Positions 1-14,174 of a stretch of 64,000 nt of DNA are shown in pieces. How positions within the stretch are numbered: position 1 is the stretch's first letter; every line of letters starts with the position of its first letter. The DNA comes from Malacoraja senta (lineage: Eukaryota), in assembly GCA_038087875.1 (NCBI GenBank), contig JAXLNO010000149.1, positions 1 to 64,000 of the forward strand. Reading direction: 5' to 3'. The notes below the pieces were generated by a model, which saw only the letters and a program-made list of their open reading frames with translations, ran no database searches and was not told where the DNA came from. The position numbers were made by a program, and so were the translations under genes.

Positions 1-3
1 ATA

Positions 4-32
4 CTAGACTAAGTGGGACCCGTTGGGTCCCA
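4..32 (-). mobile_element. Helitron 3' terminus (hairpin + CTAG)
   Basis: Minus strand reads TGGGACCC-AAC-GGGTCCCA-CTTAGT-CTAG|T: an 8-bp GC-rich stem shortly before a terminal CTAG followed by T. A Helitron helicase fragment lies on the same strand at about 800-1050. Confidence 0.7.
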
Positions 33-799
33 GCATTACACGGGAGGGCTGGTCACCCAACACAATATTCCACCTCTCCACCAATTCCAATAGTGCTGGC
101 CAGTGGTAGGGGGGGGGGGCGCTTTCTGTTGCGCTAGTATGGGTGTTGCGGGCCGAAGGTACTGGTTTCCAGAGGGCTATTATAGACATTGTGGGCCGAA
201 TGGATTCTTGGGCTGGCAGCTCAGTCACTGAGGCCAGGCAGCTCAGTCACTGAGGCCTGGCAGTACAATCACTCGGACCTGGCAGGCTGGCAGCTGATAA
301 ACTGGCAGAAATCCTGCCCAAACAGGTGACAGACTGTGAGAGAGAAGAGGGAGTGGGTGGACTGAATGGATTATTGGGCTGGCAGTTCAGTCACTTACGG
401 CTGGTGGGCTGGCAATTCACTTACTCACGGCTTGTGGGCTGGCAGTGCAGTCAGTCACGCCTGGTACGCTGGCAGTTCACTCAGTCACCCCACCTACCTT
501 CACCCCCCCCACTCTGCTCCTTGCCATTCCCCCCCCACCCACACATTCAGTGCATCTCCCCACAACCTCCCCCCATTCTCTCTTAGTGGCTCTCCCACAG
601 AGCAGCCATTCCTGCCTATTAGGTTCACATTGTGATGAAGAACAGGCAGGCATGAAAAGTGCAAAAAGGACTTATTAAAGTTTAAAATGTGAATAACTCT
701 TAAAATATAAGAACAATTTAAATGTTAAAGATGAGAATTATTAAGTTATTTCTTCTTGTGTCTCTTGTTGTGTTCTGCTGCTCACTGCCTCTTGATGAC

Positions 800-1050
800 T
801 ATTTCCTGTTGATAAAAAGAGACATTCATCCCAAATAATGACTTTCACTTGCCTCATGAAATGTGCCGTCTTAGAGTTCTTCTCGATGTTGCATAATGTA
901 TCCTCGGCCACTTGGATGGGTATCTTGAATGGAGAATGTGTAAGTCTTCCACCAGGCATTAACGTAGCTGCTATCCCAGAGGATGCTACAGCAATAGCCA
1001 CGTCAACTTGACCTCTAACTTTTCCTGAAATGATGTCGAAAAAGCTGCCT
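800..1050 (-). mobile_element. Helitron RepHel PIF1-like helicase fragment, copy 1
   Basis: ORF 741-1058 contains AIAVASSGIAATLMPGGRLTHSPFKIPI...VKVIIWDEC, motifs typical of PIF1/Helitron helicases. Confidence 0.8.
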
Positions 1051-1574
1051 AAAGACAATTTCAGTTGTTAATGAACACTGAAGAATTTGTGCAAGACATT
1101 TTGAGGCGGGAGCCGTCAGGGTGGGGTGGGGGGTGGTAAACGTCGTGCAGCCAAGGGAGGGGCACAGCTTCAGGCGGGGGTTCTCGTGAGCTGATGAGAA
1201 GGGGGGGTATGTCCTCCAGCGGGGGATGTGGGTGGCTTCAGTAGGGGGCAGGAGGGGGCGCATCCTATAGCCAGGCGGAGGGCAGCGTCTTGAGGTGGGG
1301 GATGTCAGTGGGGGAGGGAGGGGTGGCGGTGAGCGACTTACTCATGACCTCTGGACACACTCACTGCCTTGGGATTAACTCATGGCCTTTGGACTGACTG
1401 ACTGACTCATGGCTTGTGGACTGACTGATGCCCGACTTCTGGAGTCACGTCCGACTTTTGTAAACTGGAAACTGTAACATCTACATTGAGGAACAGCTTC
1501 TTCCTGAGCCATCAGGCAATTAAACATAACAAATAAGCTCTGAACTACGAAAGACTATATTATTTGTGCTATTT

Positions 1575-1615
<41 letters not shown>

Positions 1616-1740
1616 CACACACATATTCACACACACATACACATATTCACACACACATTCATTCACACACACACATATTCACACACACACACACATATTC
1701 ACACACACATATTCACACACAGTCACATACACACATACAT

Positions 1741-2081
1741 ACAGGAAGATTGTTCCAGATGTTGGGGAAGTCCAGAACTAGAGGTCACAGTTTAAGGATA
1801 AGGGGGAAGTCTTTTAGGACCGAGATGAGAAAATCATTTTTCACACAGAGAGTGGTGAATCTGTGGAATTCTCTGTCACAGAAGGTAGTTGAGGCCAGTT
1901 CATTGGCTATATTTAAGAGGGAGTTAGATGTGGCCCTTGTGGCTAAAGGGATCAGGGGGTATGGAGAGAAGGCAGGTACAGGACACTGAGTTGGATGATC
2001 AGCCATGATCATATTGAATGGCGGCGCAGGCTCGAAGGGCCGAATGGCCTACTCCTGCACCCATTTTCTATGTTTCTATGT
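1741..2081 (+). mobile_element. CR1 LINE 3' fragment (further copies at 4987-5320 and 6351-6692)
   Basis: Encodes ...RTRGHSLRIRG...FFTQRVVNLWNSLP... followed by a 3' UTR hairpin and a TTCTATGT tail. All three copies share the 5' junction ACATACAGGAAGAT. Confidence 0.92.
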
Positions 2082-2093
2082 ACACACACACAT

Positions 2094-2127
<34 letters not shown>

Positions 2128-2279
2128 TCACACAGAGAAACACACACACACACACACACATACACACACATCCATACACACATATTCACACATACACACA
2201 CACATATTCACACACGCATACATACATTCACACATACATTCACACACACATATTCACACATACACATCCATACACACAT

Positions 2280-2360
<81 letters not shown>

Positions 2361-2489
2361 TATTCACACACACACATACACACACACATACATATTTACA
2401 CACACACATATTTACACACACACATATAGAGATACACATAGAGACACACACATACGCACACATACATACAAGCACACCCATACACACAC

Positions 2490-3385
2490 TGAACTGAACT
2501 GAACTTTATTTATAGATCACTTTAAAAACAACCATTGTTGCAACAAAGTGCTGTACATGACTAATCATAAATATAAAACAAAACAATAAAAAACATTAAA
2601 AGACAGTAAAAACAATAAAAAAAACAATAGAAACACTAAAACAGGAGCAAAGTCTCATGCAGGGTCAAAAGCCAAGGAATAGAAAAGGGTTTTAAGACTG
2701 GATTTGAAAATGGACAGTGAAGGGGCCTGTCTAATGTGCAAAGGTAGAGTGTTCCATAATGTCGGAGCAGCAACAGAGAAGGCTCTATCCCCTCTGAGCT
2801 TCCGCTTAGACCTCGGTACCTCCAGGAGCAGCTGATCAGCTGACCTGAGGCACCGAGCAGCAGCGTAGGGATGAAGCAGCTCAGAGAGGTAAGGCGGGGC
2901 GAGACCATTTAACGATTTAAAAACAAATAAAAGAATCTTAAAATGAACTCTAAAGTACACAGGCAGCCAGTGGAGGGAGGCCAGAATAGGCGTTATGTGC
3001 TCCCTCTTACGTGTTCCAGTTAAAAAGCGAGCAGCAGCATTCTGAACCAACTGGAGACGTGCAAGGGATGATTGGCTAACTCCAAAATAAAGTGCGTTAC
3101 AGTAATCCAGCCGAGACGTGATGAAGGCATGGATTACTGTTTCAAAATGCTGTCGTTCAAGAATGGGCTTCACCTTTGCCAGCTGCCTTAAATGAAAGAA
3201 GCTGGACTTAACTACCGCGCCTATTTGACGATCTAATTTAAAATCACTGTCCATCTTAAAACCCAAGTTCAAAACTGTTGGCTTCACATACAGTGCCAAG
3301 GGACCCAAGTCAACAGGGGGAGGTTCACGGGGGCCATTGGGACCAAACACTATCACTTCTGTTTTCTTTTCATTAAAATTTAACA
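2490..3385 (-). mobile_element. L2-clade LINE, 5'-truncated, with an uninterrupted ORF2 C-terminus
   Basis: ORF 2655-3440 contains LNEKKTEV-like, SRLDYCNAL, LQLVQNAAAR and REHITPILASLHWLPV motifs. The 3' end has AATAAA followed by a (GTTCA)n tail. Confidence 0.9.
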
Positions 3386-4039
3386 TATACATACACACAC
3401 ACATATATATATTCATACACACACACACATAGTCACACACACATAGTCATACACACACATACATAGTCAGTCACACACACACACATATATTCACACACAC
3501 ACACACACATATTCACACACACACATATTCACACACACACACACACACACATATCCATTCACTCACACACATATTCACACACACACATAGTCACACACAC
3601 AGTCACACACACACATACACACACACACACACATATTCACACACACATATTCACACACACATATTCACACACACACACATATAGTCACACACACACATGC
3701 ACACACACACACATATATTCACACACACACACACACACACATATTCATTCACACACATATAGTCACACACACACAGTCACACATTCAGTGCATCTCCCCA
3801 CAACCTCCCCCCATTCACTCTTAGTGGCTCTCCCACAGAGCAGCCATTCCTGCCTATTAGGTTCACATTGTGATGAAGAACAGGCAGGCATGAAAAGTGG
3901 AAAAAGGATTTATTAAAGTTTAAAATGTGAATAACTCTTAAAATATAAGAACAATTTAAATGTTAAAGATGAGAATTATTAAGTTATTTCTTCTTGTGTC
4001 TCTTGTTGTGTTCTGCTGCTCACTGCCTCTTGATGACTA

Positions 4040-4290
4040 TTTCCTGTTGATAAAAAGAGACATTCATCCCAAACAATTACTTTCACTTGCCTCATGAAAT
4101 GTGCCGTCTTAGAGTTCTTCTCGATGTTGCAGAATGTATCCTCGGCCACTTGGATGGGTATCTTGAATGGAGAATGTGTAGTTCTTCCACCAGGCATTAA
4201 CGTAGCTCCTATCCCAGAGGATGCTACAGCAATAGCCACATCACCTTCACCTCTAACCTTTCCTGACATGATGTCGAAAAAGCAGCCTAA
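4040..4290 (-). mobile_element. Helitron helicase fragment, copy 2
   Basis: ORF 3979-4296 (AIAVASSGIGATLMPGGRTTHSPFKIPI...VIVWDEC) is near-identical to copy 1. Confidence 0.8.
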
Positions 4291-4813
4291 AGACAATTTC
4301 AGTTGTTAATGAACACTGAAGAATGTGTGCAAAACATTTTTTTGATGCGGGGGCCGTCAGGGTGGGGTGGGGGTGGTAAACGTCGTGCAGCCAATGGAGG
4401 GGCACAGCTGCAGGCGGGGGCTCTCGTGAGCTGATGAGAAGGGAGGGGGTGTGTCCTCCAGCGGGGGATGTGGGCGGCTTCAGTAGGGGGCAGGAGGGGG
4501 CGCATCCTATAGCCAGGTGGGGGGCAGCGTCTTGAGGTGGGGGATATCAGTGGAGGAGGGAGGGGGGGGGCGGTGAGCGACTTACTCATGACCTCTGGAC
4601 TCACTCACTGCCTTAGGATTAACTCATGGCCTTTGGACTGACTGACACTCATGGCTTGTGGACTGACTGATGCCCGACTTCTGGAGTCACGTCCGACTAT
4701 TGTAAACTGAAAACTGTAACATCTACATTGAGGAACAGCTTCTTCCTGAGCCAGTCTATTAAACATAACAAATAAGCTCTGAACTACGAAAGACTATATT
4801 ATTTGTGCTATTT

Positions 4814-4844
<31 letters not shown>

Positions 4845-7128
4845 TACACACATATTCACACACACGCATATTCATTCACACACACATATATTCACACACA
4901 CACACACACACACACATATTCACACACAAGTCACACACACACACATATTCACACACACACACACATATTCACACACACACATACATACAGGAAGATTGTT
5001 CCCGATGTTGGGGAAGTCCAGAACAAGGGGTCACAGTTTAAGGATAAGGGGGAAGTCTTTTAGGACCGAGATGAGAAGATCATTTTTCACACAGAGAGTG
5101 GTGAATCTGTGGAATTCTCTGCCACAGAAGGTAGTTGAGGCCAGTTCATTGGCTATATTTAAGAGGGAGTTAGATGTGGCCCTTGTGGCTAAAGGGATCA
5201 GGGGGTATGGAGAGAAGGCAGGTACAGGATACTGAGTTGGATGATCAGCCATGATCATATTGAATGGCGGTGCAGGCTCGAAGGGCTGAATGGCCTACTC
5301 CTGCACCTATTTTCTATGTTACACACATATATTCACACACACACACACGTATTCATACAGAGCCACACACTCATAAACACACACACACACATACACATCC
5401 ATACACACATATTCACACATACACACACATATTCACACACACGCATACATACATTCACACATACATTCACACACACACACACACATAGTCACACACACAC
5501 ACATATTCACACACACACACATATTCACACACACACATATTCACACACACCCACACACACACACACATATTCACACACATATTCACAGATACACACATAT
5601 TCACACACACACACACGTATTCATACAGAGCCACACACTCATAAACACACACACACACACATACACATCCATACACACATATTCACACATACACACACAT
5701 ATTCACACACACGCATACATACATTCACACATACATTCACACACACACACACATTCACACACACACACACACATAGTCACACACACACATATTCACACAC
5801 ACACACATATTCACACACACACTCACACATATTCACACACACCCACACACACACACACACATTCACACACATATTCACAGATACACACATATTCACACAC
5901 ACACACACACATCCACATACATATTTACACACACACACACACATACAGAGATACACATACACACACATACATACACGCACACCCATACACACACAATTAT
6001 ATTCATACACACACACACACACATAGTCACACACACACATTCATTCACACACACATATTCACACATACATATTCATTCACACACACACACATATTCACAC
6101 ACACACATAGTCACACACACATATTCACACGCACATATTCACACGCACATATTCACACACACACATAGTCACACACACACATATTCACACACACATATAT
6201 TCACACGCACATATTCACACGCACATATTCACACACACATTCACACACACACACATTCACACACACACACATAGTCACAGTCACACACACACATATATTC
6301 ACACACACATATTCATTCACACACACACATATTCACACACACTCATACATACAGGAAGATTGGTGCCGATGTTGGGGAAGTCCAGAACAAGGGGTCACTG
6401 TTTAAGGATAAGGGGGAAGTCTTTTAGGACCGAGATGAGAAGATAATTTTTCACACAGAGAGTGGTGAATCTGTGGAATTCTCTGCCACAGAAGGTAGCT
6501 GAGGCCAGTTCATTGGCTATATTAAAGAGGGAGTTAGATGTGGCCCTTGTGGCTAAAGGGATCAGGGGGTATGGAGAGAAGGCAGGTAAAAGGACACTGA
6601 GTTGGATGATCAGCCATGATCATATTGAATGGCGGTGCAGGCTCGAAGGGCCGAATGGCCTACTCCTGCACCTATTTTCTATGTTTCTCTGTTACACACA
6701 CACACACACACACACATATTCACACACAAACACACACACACATTCACACACACACATTCACACACACATATTCACACACACATATATTCACACACACACA
6801 CACACACACATATATTCACATACACACATATTCACACACACACACACATTCACACACACACATATGCAGCTACATATTCACACACACACATACACACAAA
6901 GACACACACACATAAACACACACACACATACACACATATTCACACACACATATATTCACACACACATATATTCACACACACACACACATTCACACACACA
7001 CATATACACACACACACATATTCACACACACACACATATTCACACACATATTCACACACACACACATAGTCCCACACACACACACACACACACACACACA
7101 TTCATTCACACACACACACACACACACA

Positions 7129-10100
7129 AAGCTGCTTCCTGTTATGCCCAAGCACAAAAAAACATTTCAATATTGAGTAAGGATGTATTTCCTGAGAAGG
7201 TGGTAGCTTCTGTAAACAGAAGCCTTCTGGTTGGTAGCTGACATCATGATTACATTGTTAAGACAGAATTGTAAATATTGACTAAGTTCCTGTTGTTTCG
7301 AAGTTTGTGATCAACAATTTGTGATTGATAGAACCACAAGGTAATTATTGTATTAGTAACAAGAATACTTTGAATGGCTATACTCTGTGATTTATTTGTG
7401 TTAGACGTCATTGTTGCTACTCTGTATAAACATGTGACTACGTTTCCAAAATACTATAAATTGATGCTGTATGTCTTTGTTCATTAGAGTGGTGGCTCAG
7501 GAGGGTTAAGTATCTGTTGTATACTTTACTTTGTATCCCTGGCACTCGCCGGCTGATGATCAGTAAAGCTTGTGTTGGTGTACCGAACCTATTGTGAGTT
7601 GTCTGTTTTAAGAAATGGACCTTAACAGAGACTTGTGGTTGTCGGGTCATTGAAAGAGAGGGGATTCACACGTGGATTTGATGGGTTTGGACAACGAAGA
7701 GCACACTGATTTCATTTTTAACCAATAAAGAACTTTACTGAGGAATTTGTCAATGTGAGACTTGACAGTGTAAGGCTGGTCCAGAAAGTAAAGGCAGGTG
7801 GGATCAAAGGCGAGCTGGTAAAATGGATCCAAAATTGGCTTGGTGGTTGGAGGTTGAAGGTAGCGGTAGAAGGATGATTTCCTGCTTGGAGGTCTGTGAC
7901 TGGTGAAGTGCAGCAGGGATAGGTGCTGCAACCTTTGCTGTTTATGTTATATTTTAATAGCTTGGATGTGAATGTAGGAGGTGTGATTAGTAAGTCTGTG
8001 GAGGACGCAACAATTGTGGATAGTGGGGAAGGTTGTCAAAATGTGCAGCAGGATATAGGGTAGATTATTAAAACCTTATTGACATGCAGGGATATCAGAG
8101 CAAGAGAGTGCATGTTTATCATGAGAGCAAGGAATTTTAAAATGGATCTGAGTTGGAAGTTTTCTTTACACTGAGAGTGGGTGATATCTGGGACATGCTA
8201 CAGAGGAGGTAGTGGAGTGAGATACAATCACTATATTTGAAGCACTTAAATACGTGAGGTGTAGAAGAATACCGATGTAATGTGGGCAAATCGATTAGTA
8301 TATCTGGGGAAAAGGTGGACGAGACGATGGGCCGAAGGGCCTGTTTCTGTAATGTACAACCATGGCTGAATAACTGAGTCACCACAGCCACTGGTCCAGG
8401 GAATTCCAAAGGTTCCCCAGTATCTGTGTGCAGTAATGTCTCCTTATCTCTGTCCTACTTGAAGCAGCCCACATTCTGAGATGGTGCCCATTCTCCAGAC
8501 CCCTCAGACAGGGGAAATATCATCCCTGCATCCAGCCCACTGACCCTGAAAGAACTTTGTGTTTCACTGAGATTTCCTCCTATACACCCAAACACTGGAG
8601 TACACAGGCCTAGTCTACTCAATCTCACCCCACACAGCAAACTCATTGTCCCAGGAACAAGTATTGTTAATCTTTGCTGCGTTGCCTCTGTGTCAAGTCT
8701 GTCAAGGAGCATCGGAACACAAGAAAACAGGAGCAGGATTAGGATCTGCTCCTCAGACTTGCCCCTCCATTCAATGTGATCATGGCTGATCTAAGCTGGC
8801 ACCAATTCCTCTTCTGTGTGAGTTCCCCATAATCTTAATTTTTACATCTATCAAATATTTATTTTTAGCCAAGTTGCAGATATCCAATAACTCAGCTTTT
8901 CACCACCATCTTGGGCACAACATTCCAGATATTCACTGCCCTCTGAGAGATGCAACTTTTACACATGAGAGGACGCTCTGGAAGGTTGGATCTCATGGAA
9001 TCCAGGGTGAACTAGCCGATGGAATACAACATTTACCTGAAGGTCGCAGACAGAGGATGTTGGTCGAGGGTCGTTTTTCAGACTGGGGACAGGGTCCACT
9101 GTTGTTCCTTATTTATATACACGATTGGGTGTGTATGTAGGTTGCACGGTTAGTCCGTTTGCAGATGGTACTAAAATTGGTGACATTGTGGAGAGTGAAG
9201 AAAGTTATCTGAGAGTAAATGGGATCCCTGTGAACTGGGCCAATGGGCTCAGTAACGGCAGGTGGGATTTATTCATGTGAAGGTGAGGTGATGCACTTTA
9301 CTGAGACAAACCAGGGCAGGACATACACAGTAAACAGGGAACTTTATAGAACTGAGAGATCTCGGGCTGCAGGTACACAGTGCCATGGAATATGCAACAG
9401 TGACAGGCAGGGTGGTGAAGAATGTGTTTGTCACTCATGCTTTATAGCTCAGGATATAAAATACAGCGTTTGGCACAATGAGGTTGTCAGCAAATGAGAG
9501 AGGTTGCAAAAGGATTTATGATAATTTCATTGTCTGAAGGACTGGGTTATAAGGAGACGTTGGACAGGCAGGGTCATTTTTCTATGGAGCCCATCAGGAT
9601 ACTTTTATAGACTTGTATGAGATCTATCTAAGGTGCACAGATAAGGTGAATAGCCACAGTATTTTACCCAAGGCAGGAGAGTCTGAACCTCTGACTATGA
9701 TGTTTCCCAACTGATGAGTTTAGTGGTAGATCAAATCTCCAATTTCCCTTCAGTCCACAATAGAATTAATCTTTGCATCTAGGTATAGCTTAAAGATGTA
9801 TAGGAATGAACTGCAGATGCTGGTTTAAACCGAAAATAGACTCAAAAACCTGGCGTAACTCAGCGTGACAGGCGGCATCTCTGGAGAGAAGGAATGGGTG
9901 ACGTTTCGGTTCAAGACCCTTCTTCAGACTGGTTATGGATAATGGCAACAAGAGATATAGGCGATGATGTAGAGAGATAAAGAACAATGAATGGAAGATA
10001 TGCAAAAAATAACGATGAGATTAAACAAGCCATTGTTAGCTATTTGTTAGGTGAAAACGAGAAACTAGTGTGACTTGGGCGGGGAGGGATAGAGAGAGAG

Positions 10101-10717
10101 GGAATGCCGGGGCTACCTGAAGTTAGAGAAATCAACATTTCATACCACTGGGCTGTAAACTGCCCAAGCAAAATATGAGATGCTGTTCCTCCAATTTGCA
10201 TTCATCCTCACTCTGACAATGGAGGAGACCTAGGACAGAAATGTCTGTGTGGGAATGGGAAGAAAAATTAAAGTGTTTAGCCACCGAGAGATCAGGTAGG
10301 TTCAGGCAGACTGAGCGAAGGTGTTCAATGAAACGATCGCCCAGTCTGCGTTTGGTCTCATCGATGTATAAGAGTCCACATCTTGAACAATAAATACAGT
10401 AGATGAGGTTGGAGGAGGCGCAAGTGAACCTCTGCCTAACCTGAAAGGACTGTTGGGGTTCCTGGCCAGAGTCAAGAGAGGAGGTATAGGGATCGGTGTT
10501 GCATCTTCTGCGGTTGCAGGGGAACGTACTGGGGAGGGGGTGGTTTAGGTGGGAAGGGATGAGTTAACCAAGGAGTTGCAGAGGGAATGGTCTTTGCGGA
10601 AGGTAGCAAGGGGATGAGATGGAGAAATGTCGCTAGTGGTGGGATCCTGATGGAGGTGGCGGAAATTTTGGAGGATTATGTGCTGTGCGTGGCGGCTGAT
10701 TGGGTGAAAGTTAAGGA
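7129..10717 (+). repeat. Segmental duplicate of TRIM intron 5 (39642-43323)
   Basis: Begins AAGCTGCTTCCTGTTATGCCCAAGCA in both places and stays colinear for about 3.6 kb, including old CR1 debris and a Penelope 3' part. Confidence 0.92.
9795..10717 (-). mobile_element. Penelope-like element 3' part (GIY-YIG remnant and pLTR with hammerhead core)
   Basis: The minus strand at about 10315-10410 encodes LIYCIYCSRCGLLYIDETKRRLGDRFIEHLR. The pLTR contains CTGAAGA...GAAACGTC at 9900-9927. Confidence 0.85.
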
Positions 10718-13700
10718 GAACGTCCGCAAAGGTAACAATCTCAGGATTACTACCTGTGCCACGCGACAGTGAGAGCAGGAATGAAATGAGGTGGAGGATA
10801 AATGCGTGGCTGGGGAACTGGTGCAGCGGGCAGGGATTGAAATTTCTGGATCATTGGGACCTCTTTTGGGGAAGGTGCGACCTGTACAGAAAGGACGGGT
10901 TGCACTTGAACCCGAGGGGAACCAATATCCTGGCGGGGAGATCTGCAAAGGCTACTGGGGAGACTTTAAAGTAGAACGGTTGGGGGGAGGGACTCAAATA
11001 GAGAAAGATGGTAGAAAATGTGGGAGGCAGGAGGCAGAGAAGGGAAGCACTCAGACCCAAAATGTAGGGGAGAAAGAAGCAAAAGATAATAAACAGAGAA
11101 TAAGTGGTGGTGGGTTTCTTAAATGTGTATATTTTAATGCTAGGAGCATTGTAAGAAAGGTGGATGAGCTTAGTCTGGATTGACACCTGGAAGTATGATG
11201 TTGTGGCGATCAGTGAAACATGGTTGCAGGAGGGCTGTGATTGGAAACTAAATATTCCAGGATTTCGTTGCTTCAGGGGTGATAGAATTGGAGGGGCAAG
11301 AGGTGGGGGTATTGCATTGCTTGTCAAGGAAGATATTACAGCAGTGCTGTGGCAGGATAGATTAGAGGGCTCGTCTAGGGAGGCTATTTGGGTGGAGCTG
11401 AGAAATGGGAAAGGTGTAGCAACACTTATAGGGCTGTATTATAGACCGCCAAATGGGGAGCGAGAATTGGAAGATAGTGATTGTGGGAGATTTCAATTTT
11501 CCACACATAGACTGGGAAACACATTCTGTAAAAGGGCTGGATGGTTTGGAGTTTGTAAAATATGTGCAGGATAGTTTTTTGCAGCAATACATAGAGGTGC
11601 CTACTAGAGAAGGGGCAGTGCTGGACCTCCTGTTAGGAAATGAGACAGGGCAGGTGGCGGAGGTAAGCGTTGGGGAGCACTTCGGGTCCAGTGATCACAA
11701 TACCATTAGTTTCAATATAATTATGGAGAGGGTCAGAACTGGACCTAGGGTTGAGATTTTTGATTGGAGAAAGGATAACTTTGAGGAGATGCGAAAGGAT
11801 TTAAAAGGAGTGAATTGGGACATGTTGTTTTATGGGAAGGATGTAGAAGAGAAATGGAAGACATTTAAAGGTGAAATTTTAAGAGTACAGAATCTTTATG
11901 TCCCTGTTCGGTTGAAAGGAAATAGTAAAAATTGGAAAGAGCCATGGTTTTCAAGGGAAATTGGACACTTGGTTCGGAAAAAGAGAGAGATCTACAATAA
12001 TTATAGGCAGCATGGAGTAAATGAGGTGCTTGAGGAGTATAAAGAATGTAAAAAGAATATTAAGAAAGAATATTAAGAAAGAAATTAGAAAAGCTAAAAG
12101 ATACGAGGTTGCTTTGGCAAGTAAGGTGAAAGTAAATCCAAAGGGTTTCTACAGCTATATTAATAGCAAAAGGATAACAAGGAATAAAATTGGTCCATTA
12201 GAGAGTCAGAGTGGACAGCTATCTGCAGAGCCAAAAGAGATGGGGGAGATACTGAACAATTTCTTTTCTTCGGTATTCACCAAGGAGAAGGATATGGAAT
12301 TATGTGAGGTAAGGGAAACAAGCCGAGTAGCAATGGAAACTACGAGATTCAAAGAAGAGGAGGTGCGGACACTTTTGAAAAATATGAAAACGGATAAGTC
12401 TCCAGGTCCTGACAGGATATTCCCGAGGACATTGAGGGAAGTTAGTGTAGAAATAGCAGGGGCTATGACAGAAATATTTCAAATGTCATTAGAAACGGGA
12501 ATAGTGCCGGAGGATTGGCGTACTGCGCATGTTGCTCCGTTGTTTAAAAAGGGTTCTAAGAGTAAACCTAGCAATTATAGACCTGTTAGTTTGACGTCAG
12601 TGGTGGGCAAATTAATGGAAAGGATACTAAAAGATAATATATATAAGCATCTGGATAAGCAGGGTCTGATTAGGAACAGTCAACATGGATTTGTGCCTGG
12701 AAGGTCATGTTTGACTAATCTTCTAGAATTTTTCGAAGAGGTTACTAGGGAAATTGATGAGGGTAAAGCAGTGGATGTTGTCTATATGGACTTCAGTGAG
12801 GCCTTTGACAAGGTTCCTCATGGAAGGTTGGTTAAGAAGATAAAATTGTTGGGTATTAATGGTGGAGTAGCAAGATGGATTCAACAGTGGCTGAATGGGA
12901 GATGCCAGAGAGTAATGGTGGATGGCTGTTTGTCAGGTTGGAGGCCGGTGACTGGTGGGGTGCCTCAGGGGTCTGTGTTGGGTCCACTGTTGTTTGTCAT
13001 GTACATCAATGATCTGGATGATGGTGTGGAAAATTGGATTAGTAAGTATGCAGATGATACTAAGATAGGTGGTGTGGTGGATAATGAAGTAGATTTTCAA
13101 AGTCTACAGAGAGATTTAGGCCATTTGGAAGAGTGGGCTGAAAGATGGCAGATGGAGTTTAATGCTGATAAATGTGAGGTACTACATCTCGGCAGGACAA
13201 ATCAAAATAGGACGTACATGGTAAATGGTAGAGAATTGAGGAATGCAGTTGAACAGAGGGATCTAGGAATAACTGTGCATAGTTCCCTGAAGGTGGAATC
13301 TCATGTAGATAGGGTGGTAAAGAAAGCTTTTAGTGTGCTGGCCTATATAAATCAGAGCATTTAATATAGAAGTTGGGATGTAAGGTTAAAATTGTACAAG
13401 GCATTGGTGAGGCCAATTCTGGAGTATGGAGTACAATTTTGGTTGCCTAATTATAGGAAGGATGTCAACAAAATAGAGAGAGTACAGAGGAGATTTACTA
13501 GAATGTTGCCTGGGTTTCAGCAACTAAGTTACAGAGAAAGGTTGAACAAGTTAGGTCTTTATTCTTTGGAGCGCAGAAGGTTAAGAGGGGACTTGATAGA
13601 GGTCTTTAAAATTATGAGCGGGTTAGACAGAGTTGACGTGGATAAGCTTTTTCCATTGAGAGTAGGGAAGATTCAAACAAGGGGACATGACTTGAGAATT

Positions 13701-13997
13701 AAGGGACAGATGTTTAGGGGTAACATTAGGGGGAACTTCTTTACTCAGAGAGTGGTAGCTGTGTGGAGTGAGCTTCCAGTGGAAGTGGTGGAAGCTGGTT
13801 CGATTTTATCCTTTAAAAATAGATTGGATGGGTATATGGATGGGAAAGGAATGGAGGGTTATGGTCTGAGTGCAGGTAGATGGGACTAGGGGGAGTTTTT
13901 TTTTAGTTTTTTTTAAGAAATAAAAAAAATGTTCGGCACGGACTTGAAGGGCCGAGATGGCCTGTTTCCGTGCTGTAATGGTTATATGGTTATATGA
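10718..13997 (+). mobile_element. CR1 LINE: ORF1 end, ORF2 (APE + RT, disrupted) and 3' UTR
   Basis: Contains DGLHLN (ORF1 esterase end), YFNARSI and ISETWL (APE), and QGSVLGPLLF and YADD (RT), with frameshifts and stops. Tail GTTATATG. Same family as 61621-64000. Confidence 0.95.
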
Positions 13998-14174
13998 TCT
14001 GTCCCATTCCCCCTCCCACTCCCGTTCACCACACGATAACCAAGGAAGCGGCCTCTCCGCCAACGCCCTGAGCGGCTGCGGTTCCCCCTCCCGTCTCAGT
14101 AACTCCCAGGAGAAGCTGTTACCTGGAATTATACAGCGTGAATGCAGGCCCTTCGGCCCCAACTCGCCTGCCCA

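Larger units (their letters stand above)
538..5995. repeat. Tandem segmental duplication with a period of about 3.24 kb (about 538-2490 vs about 3778-5995)
   Basis: ACACATTCAGTGCATCTCCCCACAACC occurs at about 541 and about 3779. The two copies are colinear through the Helitron fragment, the CA array and a CR1 3' end. Confidence 0.9.
1576..7128. repeat. Complex (CA)n/CACATATT microsatellite arrays (1576-1740, 2081-2489, 3385-3780, 4815-4986, 5320-6350, 6693-7128)
   Basis: Directly visible; these arrays generate the spurious His/Thr-rich and Cys/Val-rich ORFs. Confidence 0.97.

Noticed and set aside
741..1058. Host PIF1 helicase gene
   Set aside because: It is a short duplicated fragment without exon structure, associated with a Helitron-type 3' end.
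1564..7241. Long His/Thr-rich and Cys/Val-rich ORFs
   Set aside because: They are translations of (CA)n-type microsatellites, sometimes fused to CR1 ends.
12021..13889. Active autonomous CR1 reverse transcriptase gene
   Set aside because: The element is 5'-truncated, with an internal deletion near 11470, frameshifts and an in-frame stop at 13362-13364.
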